From assembly GCA_965224245.1 (NCBI GenBank), contig OZ245046.1, forward strand, positions 4,384,001 to 4,448,000: a stretch of DNA of 64,000 nt, read 5' to 3'. Source of the DNA: Candidatus Eiseniibacteriota bacterium. Its GTDB lineage: Bacteria > Eisenbacteria > RBG-16-71-46 > CAZAMP01. Shown here in pieces: positions 38,601 to 48,495 of the stretch. Made by a program: the position numbers and the translations under genes. The notes under the pieces are model-generated. The model was not told the DNA's origin. It searched no databases and was given only the letters and a program-made list of their open reading frames with translations. Numbering within the stretch: the stretch's first letter is position 1; each line of letters begins with the position of its first letter.

Positions 38601-39790
38601 TCGTGCGCTACCTTGTCCTGACGAGTTTCCTCGTCTGCTTCTCGTCCGCCCAGGCGGCCAATCTGAGAGTCACGAGCGTGTCGGCGGACGTGAACACGAT
38701 CGACGAGCCCGCGCTTTGGATCACCCTGAGCACCGAACCCCTCGACTTTCAGGCGACGAAGGACCGCTACAAGTCCGATGGGATCGTGGTCGAGCTGGTC
38801 GATCTCGGCGATGACGGGAAGCCGGCGACCTACGCGATGCTCCCGGGATTCAACGACGGGTCGATCCAGTTTCAGGTCGCGGACCCCACCGCCGAGCTCG
38901 CGAAGAGGGTCGCGCGCGAGGATGCCGCGATCTACCTGATTGCCTCGGCCGACATCACCGTCACCCTGGCAAATCAGTCCAACGCCTCTCTGGCCCGTGA
39001 CGACCTGAAGATGCTCACGTCATCGCTCAGCCTGAGCCAGGATGCGGTCGACGCCATCATCGACGTCGCCCAGGGTCGTCAGCGGTTGTACGAGGACAGG
39101 ATCGACTTCGCCCGCGAGGTTGACGAGGACGACTCGACACGCGTGGATTATGCGGTGAGCTTCGAGCTCAGTCAGCGGGTCGGGCGTACTCCACTGGCCG
39201 TCGAGACTCGGGGCCGTCTGAGCACGAACGCGGAGAGCCCGATGAATCAGGTCGCGGTGTCACTCGTCGGCCGGACCGGAATCGGTACCAAGTCGATCGC
39301 CGGCGCCGATGTGTTCTACTCCGGGTTCGTCGACGCCGGTGTCGTCGCCCTACAGTCCTTCGACGTCACGGCCGCCACCGTCAGTGTCGGGGTCGACCTT
39401 CTCCTGCCGAACTTCATCGACCTGACGAGCGGCGCGAACCGGCTCCGCCTGAAGCCGGTCGTCGGAGCCAGCGTCGGCTTCAAGCAGCTGTCGGAGGAGA
39501 TCGACGTGTATGGGGACGAGAACGGCTTTCTGGAAGCGCGCTTCGAGCTTGCGTACACGATTCCGATCCTCGAGGCATACGTGCTGCACGTGCGCTCCCA
39601 TGCCGTATTCAATGACAACGTCGAGGGTGACGACGAGTGGTTCCATCTCACGTCGGCGTCACTATCGTACGCGCTCCCCGGAAACAACATCAGCATCCTG
39701 GCAAAGTGGGAGCTCGGCCGAAATGAGTTCGTTTCGGAGTACGACAGCGAGGTGTTGCTGGGCCTGCTGGCGGACTTCCTCCCGATGTAG
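38597..39790 (+). CDS. Hypothetical exported protein, probable C-terminal beta-barrel
   Basis: GGAGG RBS; signal peptide ending AQA-A; alternating amphipathic strands in C-terminal half. Confidence 0.7.
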   Translation: MIVRYLVLTSFLVCFSSAQAANLRVTSVSADVNTIDEPALWITLSTEPLDFQATKDRYKSDGIVVELVDLGDDGKPATYAMLPGFNDGSIQFQVADPTAELAKRVAREDAAIYLIASADITVTLANQSNASLARDDLKMLTSSLSLSQDAVDAIIDVAQGRQRLYEDRIDFAREVDEDDSTRVDYAVSFELSQRVGRTPLAVETRGRLSTNAESPMNQVAVSLVGRTGIGTKSIAGADVFYSGFVDAGVVALQSFDVTAATVSVGVDLLLPNFIDLTSGANRLRLKPVVGASVGFKQLSEEIDVYGDENGFLEARFELAYTIPILEAYVLHVRSHAVFNDNVEGDDEWFHLTSASLSYALPGNNISILAKWELGRNEFVSEYDSEVLLGLLADFLPM

Positions 39791-39843
39791 CCGCCAGAAT
39801 GCGCGGCCGCCCGGGTCGCGGCCGCGCGGATGCGCCCGATGGC

Positions 39844-40920
39844 CTACAGGAACCGGTACGTCAGCCCCAGCGCCAGCGTCTGCTTGAACTGACCCTTCTT
39901 CCGGACCGCCTGCTCGATCTTGATCGCCGACTCGTCGGTCAGCGCGCCGGCGTCGTCGTAGATCGGCACGACCGTGTTGTCGTACTTGTCGTACACGAGC
40001 TGCGTGTACAGGCTCACCGCGATGATCTTGGTGATCTGCGTGGAGAAGATGTTCTCCCAGGCGACGTCGGCGGCCAGCGTGTAGTCCGCCACGTCCGACG
40101 GAATGCGCAGCTCGACGCCGTCGACGTCGCGCGTGAGATCCGCGGCCGTGAACGCATCGAAGTCGTCCTGGGCCGAGTAGAAGACCGGCTGGTAGACGCG
40201 AAGGGCCGTCGCCCAGGTGACGCGATCCTCGAGGACCTTCGTGTCGTACTCGGTGATCCACTCGACACCGCCGTCGCTGCTGTTCTCGTAGATCGTGAAG
40301 TCGTCGGCCGGATCGGACGTGTCGAAGAACCGGCGTATGTTCTGATGGAACGCGAAGCCCAGACGACTCTGGAGCGACCGCTCCTCCTCGTCGATGAACA
40401 CGTGCGCGATGCCGACCGTCTCGCTGATCGTGATCGGATTGAAGCTGATGTTGCGCCCCAGCTCGTCCGAGGCGTCCTGGAACTGCGACGAGACGCCGAC
40501 CGCGACGAACGGGTCGATGGGGCTCCCCAGCGTGAACCGCATCAGCGACTCGAAGTCGATGAGATCGGTGGACTTCTCCGGCCGATCCCACGAGCGACCC
40601 CCGCGATCGTCGGTGGACTGTCCATGCGTCTGTCCGAACGCCAGCTTCAGCGTGTTGTCCCAGTGCATCTTCTCGCTGAGCTTGTTCTCGGCGCGTGCGT
40701 TGGCGATGAGCGTCCAGACGATGGAGCCCTTGTCTCCGCCCGCCCAGTTGTCGCTGTACGCGCTCTGGGTCAGGTTGAGCCCTCCCTCGAGCTCGGGATA
40801 CCACTTGCCGATCTCCAGCACGCGCTTGCTTCCGTCGTCCTGTGCCGGGGCCGGGGTCGAGACCCCGATCGACAGCCCGCCCACGACCAGCGGCACGACC
40901 ATCAGGTTCAGCACTCTCAT
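39844..40920 (-). CDS. DUF3078-like outer-membrane beta-barrel protein
   Basis: Signal peptide; LNLTQSAYSDNWAGG, WDNTLKLAFG, QFKQTLALGLTYRF. Confidence 0.8.
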   Translation of the reverse strand: MRVLNLMVVPLVVGGLSIGVSTPAPAQDDGSKRVLEIGKWYPELEGGLNLTQSAYSDNWAGGDKGSIVWTLIANARAENKLSEKMHWDNTLKLAFGQTHGQSTDDRGGRSWDRPEKSTDLIDFESLMRFTLGSPIDPFVAVGVSSQFQDASDELGRNISFNPITISETVGIAHVFIDEEERSLQSRLGFAFHQNIRRFFDTSDPADDFTIYENSSDGGVEWITEYDTKVLEDRVTWATALRVYQPVFYSAQDDFDAFTAADLTRDVDGVELRIPSDVADYTLAADVAWENIFSTQITKIIAVSLYTQLVYDKYDNTVVPIYDDAGALTDESAIKIEQAVRKKGQFKQTLALGLTYRFL

Positions 40921-40949
40921 GTCAGTCTCTCCTCGATGCGAGAGGGCGC

Positions 40950-41768
40950 TCAGGCCTCTGCCTGCATCATGTGAACGACTCGCTGCGGGAACGGAATCTC
41001 GATCCCGTTGGCGTCGAAGGCCTTCTTGATGGCCTCGGTCAGCTCGAACTTCACGCCCCAGTAGTCGGGGCTCTTCACCCAGACGCGAACGGCGAAGTTC
41101 ACGCTGGAATCGGCCAGCTCCGAGATCGCGATCAGCGGGGCGGGATCGGACAGCGTGCGATCGTCGGCGTCGATCAGACCCATCATGATCTCGCGCGCCC
41201 GGGCGATGTCCGACGCGTAGCCGATGCCGATCAGGAGATCCACGCGCCGCGTGTCGTACGCGGAGTAGTTCTGGATCGTACCGCCGTAGATCTGCCCGTT
41301 CGGGACGATGATCTGCGTGTTGTCCGGGGTGGCGAGAACCGTCGAGAAGATCCCGATCTCCTTCACGGTTCCCGACACGCCGGCCGCGTTGATGAAGTGC
41401 CCGGGCCGGAACGGGCGAAACAGAAGCAGCATGACGCCCGACGCGAAGTTCGACAGTGAGCCCTGCAGCGCGAAGCCGATCGCGAAGCCGGCCGCCCCGA
41501 GAATGGCCACGAAGCTGGCCGTCTCGATCCCGAACTTCGAGAGCGCCGCCACCACCGCGAACGCGATCACGAGGAAGTACGCGATGCTGGCCACGAACCC
41601 GACGAGGCTCGCGTCGACGCCACGGCGGGTCAGGCCCTTGCGAAGCGCGCTTCTGAGCACGTTGGCCACGATCCGCCCGAGGATCAGGATGACGATCGCA
41701 CCGACGACCCGGAGGCCGTAGACGGTCACGAAGTCGGTCATCGTCTGCATGACCTGCTGGGTGTCCAT
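40950..41768 (-). CDS. mscS: Small-conductance mechanosensitive channel (second paralog)
   Basis: GAAGFAIGFALQGSLSNFASG, VPNG, IPFPQR. Confidence 0.95.
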   Translation of the reverse strand: MDTQQVMQTMTDFVTVYGLRVVGAIVILILGRIVANVLRSALRKGLTRRGVDASLVGFVASIAYFLVIAFAVVAALSKFGIETASFVAILGAAGFAIGFALQGSLSNFASGVMLLLFRPFRPGHFINAAGVSGTVKEIGIFSTVLATPDNTQIIVPNGQIYGGTIQNYSAYDTRRVDLLIGIGYASDIARAREIMMGLIDADDRTLSDPAPLIAISELADSSVNFAVRVWVKSPDYWGVKFELTEAIKKAFDANGIEIPFPQRVVHMMQAEA

Positions 41769-42207
41769 GTGGAGATTCCTTTCTCGCGCTCACCCACGGC
41801 GCCGGAATCGCTCCGGCGGTCGCGCGTTCGAGGACCGGGTTCGGCTTTTCACCGGCCGGGCAGTTTGCCGACTTTCCTCCGGACGGTAAAGCAAAACCCC
41901 GTCCGTCGCGACGAACGTCCAGATTCGCCGACTCGTCATTGGACCCGCACGAACGCACGACGTCACCGCCACGGGCGGATTAGGTCCAACTTACGATTTT
42001 CCAGGGTGTTGCGGCGGCCGGTGTGACTTCCCCGGTGGCAATGCCGTCAGTAGCGGAGTAGGTTCTGCACCGACACGGTGCGCGCGCTGCCGCTCGTCCG
42101 TATCGAGCAACCCTCGAGCGCCAACACCCCGGGGTGTGCGCGGAACCGGACATGGATCGCCGGATCGGACACGCGCCGACCCGGCGACGGAACCAAGGAG
42201 GGTCGGT

Positions 42208-43707
42208 TTGGATAGCACGAAGGATCAAGTCGTGACCGCCATCACGGCGTACCTGCCGAAGCTGCTCGGCGCGGTCGTGATCCTGGTGGTCGGGTGGCTC
42301 CTGGCGCTGGCGATCTCGGCCGGCATCCGCGCGGTCCTGAAGCGAACCTCGGTGGACGAGCGCGTGGCCGGCTGGCTGTCCGGCGACCAGAGTCACGTCA
42401 GCGTCGAGAACGTCGTGGGCAAGACGTTCTTCTATCTCGTCCTTCTGGTCACGGTGGTCGCCGCCCTTCAGACGCTGGGGCTGACGCTGGTGACGCAGCC
42501 GCTCAACACCCTCCTGGACGAGCTCCTCGCCTACGGACCGCAGCTCCTGGGGGCGGCGGCGTTGACGCTGGTGGCGGTCCTGGTCGCGAGCGTGCTGCGA
42601 TTCCTGACCACGCGCGCGCTCGGCGCCGCCAGGGTGGACGAGCGCCTGAGCGCCGAGATGCGCGACCCGGAGGCCGCCAGGGAGGTCCCGATCTCCCGCT
42701 CGCTCGCCGAGTCGATCTACTGGCTGACGATCCTCCTGTTTCTGCCCGCGATCCTGGGCACGCTCGGCCTGACCGGGCTTCTGGAGCCGGTTCAGGGTGT
42801 CGTGGACAAGCTCCTCGGCGCCCTGCCGAACATCTTCGCGGCCGCGGTGCTGTTCGTCGTGGGCTGGTTCGTGGCGCGAGTCGTTCAGCGACTCACCACG
42901 AGTCTCCTCGCATCGATCGGCACCGACCGCCTGGCCGATCGGATCGGCGTGGCCGAGGCGTTCGGCAGGCACCGCCTGTCCAGCGTGCTGGGCACGCTGT
43001 TCTATGCGCTGATCCTGATCCCCGTCATCGTGTCGGCCCTGAACGCGCTGCAGCTCGAGGCGGTCACCGCGCCCGCGAGCCGTATGCTGGCCACGATCCT
43101 GGGGGCGATCCCGTCGATCCTGTCCGCGCTGGTGATCCTGGGAATCGGATACGTCCTCGGTCGGGTGATCGCCGGCGTGCTCTCGAACATCCTGGCCGGC
43201 ATGGGGTTCAACAGCGTCACGGCGAGGCTCGGTCTTCCGCAGAGCTCGGGCGAGAGCGCGCGCACCCCGTCCGAGCTGGTCGGGCTCGTGGTCCTGGCCG
43301 GCATCTTGCTGTTCTCGTTCGTCGAGGCCGCGGACGTGCTCGGGTTCGACGGGCTCTCGATCATCATGCTCGACTTCACCGCGTTCGCGGGCCACGTGCT
43401 CATGGGCCTGATCATCCTGGGCTTCGGGCTGTTCCTGGCCACGTTCGCCTCGCGGACAATCGCGTCGAGCAAGAACGCCAACGCCGGCGTGCTGGCCAAC
43501 GTGGCCAGGGTCGGGATCTGGGTGCTGGCCGGCGCGATGGCACTCCGGGAGATGGGGTTCGCGTCGGACATCATCAACATGGCCTTTGGGCTCATGCTGG
43601 GGGCGATCGCGGTGGCCGCGGCCATCGCGTTCGGGCTCGGCGGCCGCGAGTGGGCCGAGCGGCGGCTCGCGAGCTGGGCCGCGCGCTCCGCGGACGATCG
43701 CCGCTGA
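42208..43707 (+). CDS. CmpX-like membrane protein with repeated TM-helix units (MscS-associated)
   Basis: Repeated P.(L/I)..A..(I/L)..(G/A)W/Y units; ends AIAFGLGGRE; TTG start with AAGGAGG. Confidence 0.85.
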   Translation: MDSTKDQVVTAITAYLPKLLGAVVILVVGWLLALAISAGIRAVLKRTSVDERVAGWLSGDQSHVSVENVVGKTFFYLVLLVTVVAALQTLGLTLVTQPLNTLLDELLAYGPQLLGAAALTLVAVLVASVLRFLTTRALGAARVDERLSAEMRDPEAAREVPISRSLAESIYWLTILLFLPAILGTLGLTGLLEPVQGVVDKLLGALPNIFAAAVLFVVGWFVARVVQRLTTSLLASIGTDRLADRIGVAEAFGRHRLSSVLGTLFYALILIPVIVSALNALQLEAVTAPASRMLATILGAIPSILSALVILGIGYVLGRVIAGVLSNILAGMGFNSVTARLGLPQSSGESARTPSELVGLVVLAGILLFSFVEAADVLGFDGLSIIMLDFTAFAGHVLMGLIILGFGLFLATFASRTIASSKNANAGVLANVARVGIWVLAGAMALREMGFASDIINMAFGLMLGAIAVAAAIAFGLGGREWAERRLASWAARSADDRR

Positions 43708-43779
43708 TCGAGGCTCGGGGCTCGTCCTCCCGAGCTCGATCAGGCTCGGGAGGACGACACTCCACGACGACCCCGCCGA

Positions 43780-44601
43780 TCAGATTCGCACGGCGCCCTT
43801 CAGGAACGCGTCGTTGGAGACCGCCACGATGTCGTCCGCACGCTGGATCATCGTCTTGACCGGGGTCACCGCGAGCAGCGTGCCCTCCACGCCGTCGATC
43901 TCGATGCGCTCACCCTCGTCGAATAGCTTGCGGGCGTAGAACCCCGCGACCACGTTTCGCGTGAGCTGCCGCGTACCGAGCCCGAAGGACAGCGCGAACC
44001 CGAGTGCGATCCCCGACAGGATGACCAGGGCCACCGACCGGATCACGGCGGTGTCGATCTTGAGCTGCGTGATCGCCATGATCGCGACCACGAACAGGAG
44101 CAGGCCCGACACGATCCGGCCCAGCGTCTCGGCATAGTCCATGCCCGAGCTCTTCCCCGACTCGGCCACCACGTGGCCGGCGGCGCGCGACACGATCCCA
44201 CCGAGGAGCACGATCACGAACGCCGCGATGATGCTGGGCACGTAGGCGAAGAACGATCGGATGGCGTCCGCGATCGCGATCAACCCCACCGACTGGGTGG
44301 CGCTCTGCGTGAACAGGACGATCAGCAGGAAGTAGACGATCCGCGTGAAGCCCCGGCTCGGACTCGCGCGATAGCCGATCTGGCGCAGCAGTCCGGTGAC
44401 CCCGATCCGCTCGAGCATGGCGTCGATCCGGAGACGCGCGAACGTGGTGTTGAGCGCCCGTTCGATGAGCTTCGCCACCAGGAACCCGATCAGTATGACC
44501 ACGATCGCGGTCAGGACGCGCGGAATGAGATCCGCCAGCGACGTGAGCAGGCTGTCGGCGACTTCGGTCAGCGCCGGTTTGAGCGCGAATTCTTTCTCCA
44601 C
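43780..44601 (-). CDS. CmpX-like small mechanosensitive-channel protein
   Basis: IPRVLTA, YVPSIIAA, ALSFGLGTR, NVVAGFY, GERIEIDGVEG. Confidence 0.85.
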   Translation of the reverse strand: MEKEFALKPALTEVADSLLTSLADLIPRVLTAIVVILIGFLVAKLIERALNTTFARLRIDAMLERIGVTGLLRQIGYRASPSRGFTRIVYFLLIVLFTQSATQSVGLIAIADAIRSFFAYVPSIIAAFVIVLLGGIVSRAAGHVVAESGKSSGMDYAETLGRIVSGLLLFVVAIMAITQLKIDTAVIRSVALVILSGIALGFALSFGLGTRQLTRNVVAGFYARKLFDEGERIEIDGVEGTLLAVTPVKTMIQRADDIVAVSNDAFLKGAVRI

Positions 44602-44903
44602 GGCTCTTCGCCCCTTGGTCTCGTTCCCATGATCATCGACAGAATCATCTGTATGTAACCGATCAGCGCCGCGAACGCGTGCACGATGGCCAGGTCGGCC
44701 GAGTCCGAGACGATGAGGCGGCGGTTGATCCGCCCCTTCACGGCACGCTCGAAGCCCGGCGCCGCCTCTCCCTCGAGATCGGCGAGCTCGGACAGCGGGG
44801 CTCCCGGGTCCACGTCGTCCCCCTCCGTGCCGTTCGGTCCTCGTCCCTCCGAGCCGGCGGCGGGCTCGCCGTCACGTGGATTCGAAGGTCCCTCGTCAGC
44901 CAT
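44568..44903 (-). CDS. Small protein downstream of ECF sigma, possible anti-sigma factor
   Basis: GGAG RBS; acidic N-terminus and one hydrophobic C-terminal segment; position directly after the sigma gene. Confidence 0.55.
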   Translation of the reverse strand: MADEGPSNPRDGEPAAGSEGRGPNGTEGDDVDPGAPLSELADLEGEAAPGFERAVKGRINRRLIVSDSADLAIVHAFAALIGYIQMILSMIMGTRPRGEEPWRKNSRSNRR

Positions 44904-44916
44904 CGGACACGATCTC

Positions 44917-45555
44917 CTAGGAGGCCACCGGGGGCTCCGGCGACCGTTCGTCCCCAGCGGGTCGAGCCACGTCCCGCGCGTCGGCCAGATCGAGTCGACG
45001 GCGGAACTCCTCGCGGCCGCGCTTGATTCGCATCTTCGTGGCCGAGAGCCCGATGCCCAGCGTGTCGGCGATCTCCTGATACGCGAACCCGTCGACGTCG
45101 CACATGACGAGTGGGATCCGTAGCGTGTCGGGTAGATCGTCCAGGATCACCCGGATCCGCTCGCGCCTCTCCACCCGGAGTGTGGCGTCCTCCGGCGTAT
45201 GGGTCTCGCGGAGCTCGTCGACCGTCTCCATCGCCGGATCGTCCACGTCGAGGTTCACGCGGCCCTTGTGCTTTCGAATGTGATTGAGACAGTGGTTGAT
45301 CTTGATGCGCTGTAGCCAGGAACCGAACTTGGCCCGGCCCTCGAACCGTCGAAGACCGAAGTACGCCTTGACGAAGACCTCCTGCGCGAGGTCCTCCGCC
45401 TCCTCCGCCGACCCTGACATGTGGCGGCAGTTGGCCAGAACCCGCCCCTTGTGCCGCGTCATCAGCGTCTCGAAGGCCAGGACGTCTCCCGGCCTGGAGG
45501 CCTTGACGATCTCGGCCAGATCCTCGTCGGTCTGGCTCGCGTCGACGCGCCGCAT
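44917..45555 (-). CDS. ECF RNA polymerase sigma factor
   Basis: AEDLAQEVFVKAY, FGSWLQRIKIN, YQEIADTLGI..SATKMRIKRGR; RBS GGGAGG. Confidence 0.93.
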   Translation of the reverse strand: MRRVDASQTDEDLAEIVKASRPGDVLAFETLMTRHKGRVLANCRHMSGSAEEAEDLAQEVFVKAYFGLRRFEGRAKFGSWLQRIKINHCLNHIRKHKGRVNLDVDDPAMETVDELRETHTPEDATLRVERRERIRVILDDLPDTLRIPLVMCDVDGFAYQEIADTLGIGLSATKMRIKRGREEFRRRLDLADARDVARPAGDERSPEPPVAS

Positions 45556-45796
45556 GTCGCTCCTCCCATTGGACCCCGGCCGGCCGGGCATGGTCACAAC
45601 GACGCGCCCTGACGCGAGCCGGCGCGCGGAGCCGCGGCCGGGCGTGCCGCGCAGTGGGCCAGCGCGCCTCAATCAATTATCAATCAACGCGTTGTGAATC
45701 GCTTGGGAGAGGGTAAACGATTCGGCCTCCGACCGCGACTCCCCTTGTGACCTCGTCGACGACCCCAGGCCGAGGACCGAGACCCGTGAGGACGAC

Positions 45797-46771
45797 ATGC
45801 CGACGTTGCTTCTGAGCCTGCTTCGAGATCCCCGCCACTACCAGATCGGCGTCCTGGCCGCGCTCCTGGCCTACGGGCTCACCGCCCTGCGCTTCCCGAT
45901 CCCGGCCTGGCAGGTCCCGGTCACGGTCTCGGTCGCACTCTCGACCCAGTGGATCCTCACCCGCCTCGTGGGCCTCCCGGCGTTCGACGCCCGGAGTCCG
46001 CTGATCTCGTCGCTGTCGCTGTGTCTGATCCTCCGGTCGGGGAGCCCCTGGATCATCACGCTGGCCACCGTGGCGGCGATCGCGAGCAAGTTCGTCCTCC
46101 GCACCGGGGGGCGGCACATCTTCAACCCGACGAACTTCGGGATCGCGCTGGTCCTGGCGGTGACCCCGAGCCACGGCGCCTGGATCTCGCACGGTCAGTG
46201 GGGCAGCGTGGTTCTGGGCGCGTTCTTCTTCGCCTGCATGGGCGGGATCGTCGTCAATCGCGCCGCCCGAAGCGACGTGACGATCGCGTTCCTGGCCTCT
46301 TACGGCGCGATCGTGATCGGTCGCTCGCTGTGGCTCGCGGAGCCGCTGGCCATCCCCATGCACCGCCTCGCCAGCGGCGCGTTCCTGCTGTTCGCGTTCT
46401 TCATGATCTCCGACCCGAAGGCGACGCCGGACTCCCGGCGGGGTCGGATCGCGTTCGCCGCGCTCGTGGCGATCGTCGCCGCGGTGGGACGGTTCGGACT
46501 CAACGAGCCCAACGCGCTGATGTACGCGCTCGTCCTGTCGGCGCCAACGGTCCCGCTCTGGGACCGGCTGTTTCCCGGAACCCGATACGAATGGGCCTCG
46601 CGCGCGGCCGTCGCGCGGCGCGGGGTCGTCGCGCGGCGCGGGGTCGTCGCGCGGCGCGGGGTCGCCGCGATTCCGAACCCGCGCGTCCGTTCGCGCAAAG
46701 GAGATGCTCATGTGGACCCGAGCCACCGCGATGCTGGTCTTGGCCGGCCAGCTCCTCACGCCGTCGGCTGA
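45797..46771 (+). CDS. Stand-alone RnfD/NqrB-like membrane protein
   Basis: DPRHYQI, SKF...HIFNPTNFG, FFMISDPKATP. Confidence 0.8.
   Translation: MPTLLLSLLRDPRHYQIGVLAALLAYGLTALRFPIPAWQVPVTVSVALSTQWILTRLVGLPAFDARSPLISSLSLCLILRSGSPWIITLATVAAIASKFVLRTGGRHIFNPTNFGIALVLAVTPSHGAWISHGQWGSVVLGAFFFACMGGIVVNRAARSDVTIAFLASYGAIVIGRSLWLAEPLAIPMHRLASGAFLLFAFFMISDPKATPDSRRGRIAFAALVAIVAAVGRFGLNEPNALMYALVLSAPTVPLWDRLFPGTRYEWASRAAVARRGVVARRGVVARRGVAAIPNPRVRSRKGDAHVDPSHRDAGLGRPAPHAVG
46610..46663 (+). repeat. Perfect 18-bp tandem repeat x3 (GTCGCGCGGCGCGGGGTC)
   Basis: Read directly; encodes (VARRGV)3 near the end of the RnfD-like ORF. Confidence 0.9.
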
Positions 46772-48056
46772 GGCGTTCTGCGGCTTCTACGTCGCGAAGG
46801 CGGACGCCGAGCTGTTCAACCAGGCCTCTCGCGTCGTGCTCGTCCGGAGTGACGACAAGACCGTCATCACGATGGCGAACGACTACGAGGGCGACCTCGA
46901 CGAGTTCGCGATGGTCGTGCCGGTGCCGGAGCTGATCACCCGGGACCAGATCCACGTCGGCGACCCGGCCGTCCTCGATCACCTCGATGCGTACAGCGCG
47001 CCGCGCCTGGTCGAGTACTTCGACTCCGACCCCTGCCGGGTCGTCTACGAGCGCGACATGGCGCTGATGGCCGAGGCGCCGACCGCCGGTCGCGGTGGGC
47101 GTCCGGACGAGCTGGGGAAGGCGCTCGGGGTCACGATCGAGGCCTCCTACACGGTCGGCGAGTACGACATCTTGATCCTGTCCGCCGCCGAGAGCGACGG
47201 GCTGGTGACCTGGCTCACCGCCAACGACTACCGGATCCCCGACGGCGCCGAGCGCGTGCTCGACGGCTACATCAAGCAGGACATGCGCTTCTTCGTGGCC
47301 AAGGTCAACCTGGGCGAGCAGCGCGCGCTGGGGGTGACCAACCTCCGACCGCTCCAGATCGCGTACGAGTCGAGGAAGTTCATGCTTCCGATCCGACTCG
47401 GAGTGGTGAACGCGAACGGCCCCCAGGACCTGATCCTCTACACGCTGACCCGCGACGGGCGAGTGGAGACGACGAACTATCGCACGGTGCGGCTCCCGTC
47501 GGACCAGGAGCTCCCGGAGTTCGTGGAGGCGGAGTTCGACGACTTCTACCGCGACATGTTCGCCCGTCAGGTCGCGCGCGAGCGCGGGCGGGCGGTCTTC
47601 CTCGAGTACGCGTGGAACATGTCGTGGTGCGACCCGTGCGCGGCCGACCCGCTGAGCCGGGACGAGCTGCGAAGCCTCGGCGTGTTCTGGCTGGACGACG
47701 GCGACGTCTCGCTCCGTCCGCGACGCGGTGGCGGGCCCCAGAACGTCTTCGTGACGCGCCTCCACGTGCGCTACGACGCCGAGCACTTTCCGGACGATCT
47801 CTTCCTCCAGGAGACCGGTGACAGCTCGAACTTCCAGGGGCGCTACATCCTGCGTCATCCGTGGACGGGCGACGCGACGTGCGACGCGGCGCGCGAGTAC
47901 CGCAAGCAGCTTCGCGATCGGCAGGAGCGCGAGGCAGAGACCCTGGCCAGCCTCACCGGCTGGAATCTGGACGACATCTACGATCGGATCGACCTGGCCG
48001 ACCCGATGACGCCCGGCGGGGATGTGCCCTGGTACAAGAAGCTCTGGCGGAACTAG
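46710..48056 (+). CDS. DUF2330-family exported protein
   Basis: Signal peptide then AFCGFYVAKAD, FAMVVPVP, FMLPIRLG, CDPC, NFQGRY. Confidence 0.88.
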   Translation: MWTRATAMLVLAGQLLTPSAEAFCGFYVAKADAELFNQASRVVLVRSDDKTVITMANDYEGDLDEFAMVVPVPELITRDQIHVGDPAVLDHLDAYSAPRLVEYFDSDPCRVVYERDMALMAEAPTAGRGGRPDELGKALGVTIEASYTVGEYDILILSAAESDGLVTWLTANDYRIPDGAERVLDGYIKQDMRFFVAKVNLGEQRALGVTNLRPLQIAYESRKFMLPIRLGVVNANGPQDLILYTLTRDGRVETTNYRTVRLPSDQELPEFVEAEFDDFYRDMFARQVARERGRAVFLEYAWNMSWCDPCAADPLSRDELRSLGVFWLDDGDVSLRPRRGGGPQNVFVTRLHVRYDAEHFPDDLFLQETGDSSNFQGRYILRHPWTGDATCDAAREYRKQLRDRQEREAETLASLTGWNLDDIYDRIDLADPMTPGGDVPWYKKLWRN

Positions 48057-48390
48057 CGCTCCAAGCCCGGAGCGTCCCGCATCGACTGTTCGGCCGGCCC
48101 TCGACCCGTTCGCCCCCGCCGCGTGCGGACCCCCGGTTGACGGGGCGATGGGTCGGCCTCCAGTTGGACCACCGGCAACTGTGAGGAGACAATCTGGAAT
48201 GGGCATCGGGCATCTTCGTGTGCCTCAGGGGTCCATTCGCCAGGGGCCAGACCTCTCCGCCACCGCTTTCAGTCGGGCCGCCGCCCTATAGACGACAACT
48301 CCAAGTGACGATGCGATCGTTTCGGTGCTATGTTCCGGATGTTGTGGTCGGGCGCTGCCTATCTGGCAGATCAAGGGATTAGGCAGACCA

Positions 48391-48437
48391 GCCTAACCGT
48401 CGCCGAGATACGCGGACCTGTCGAACTGTCGTTAGAA
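48391..48437 (+). repeat. Degenerate/short attC-like site
   Basis: GCCTAAC ... GTTAGAA, only 47 bp with weak internal stem. Confidence 0.35.
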
Positions 48438-48443
48438 GGACGA

Positions 48444-48472
48444 TTGACCCGATGTGCCTTTGGTTGTACGCT
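48444..48472 (+). promoter_or_regulatory. Promoter of Phd/RelE-type TA cassette
   Basis: TTGACC-17-TACGCT; overlapping palindrome GTACG-N6-CGTAC (48466-48481). Confidence 0.6.
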
Positions 48473-48495
48473 TGCACGTACCAATGGAGGTGCGT

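Noticed and set aside
39844-41958. 704-aa ORF suggesting an MscS-barrel fusion
   Set aside because: The N-terminal part is an off-frame shadow of mscS; the barrel has its own RBS and signal peptide at 40920.
41769-42207. ncRNA or ECF promoter in the 440-bp divergent intergenic region
   Set aside because: No convincing structure or bipartite motif could be supported by eye.
48057-48390. Possible attI/intI at the array start
   Set aside because: No tyrosine recombinase ORF and no recognisable attI; only a degenerate ATTAGGC.
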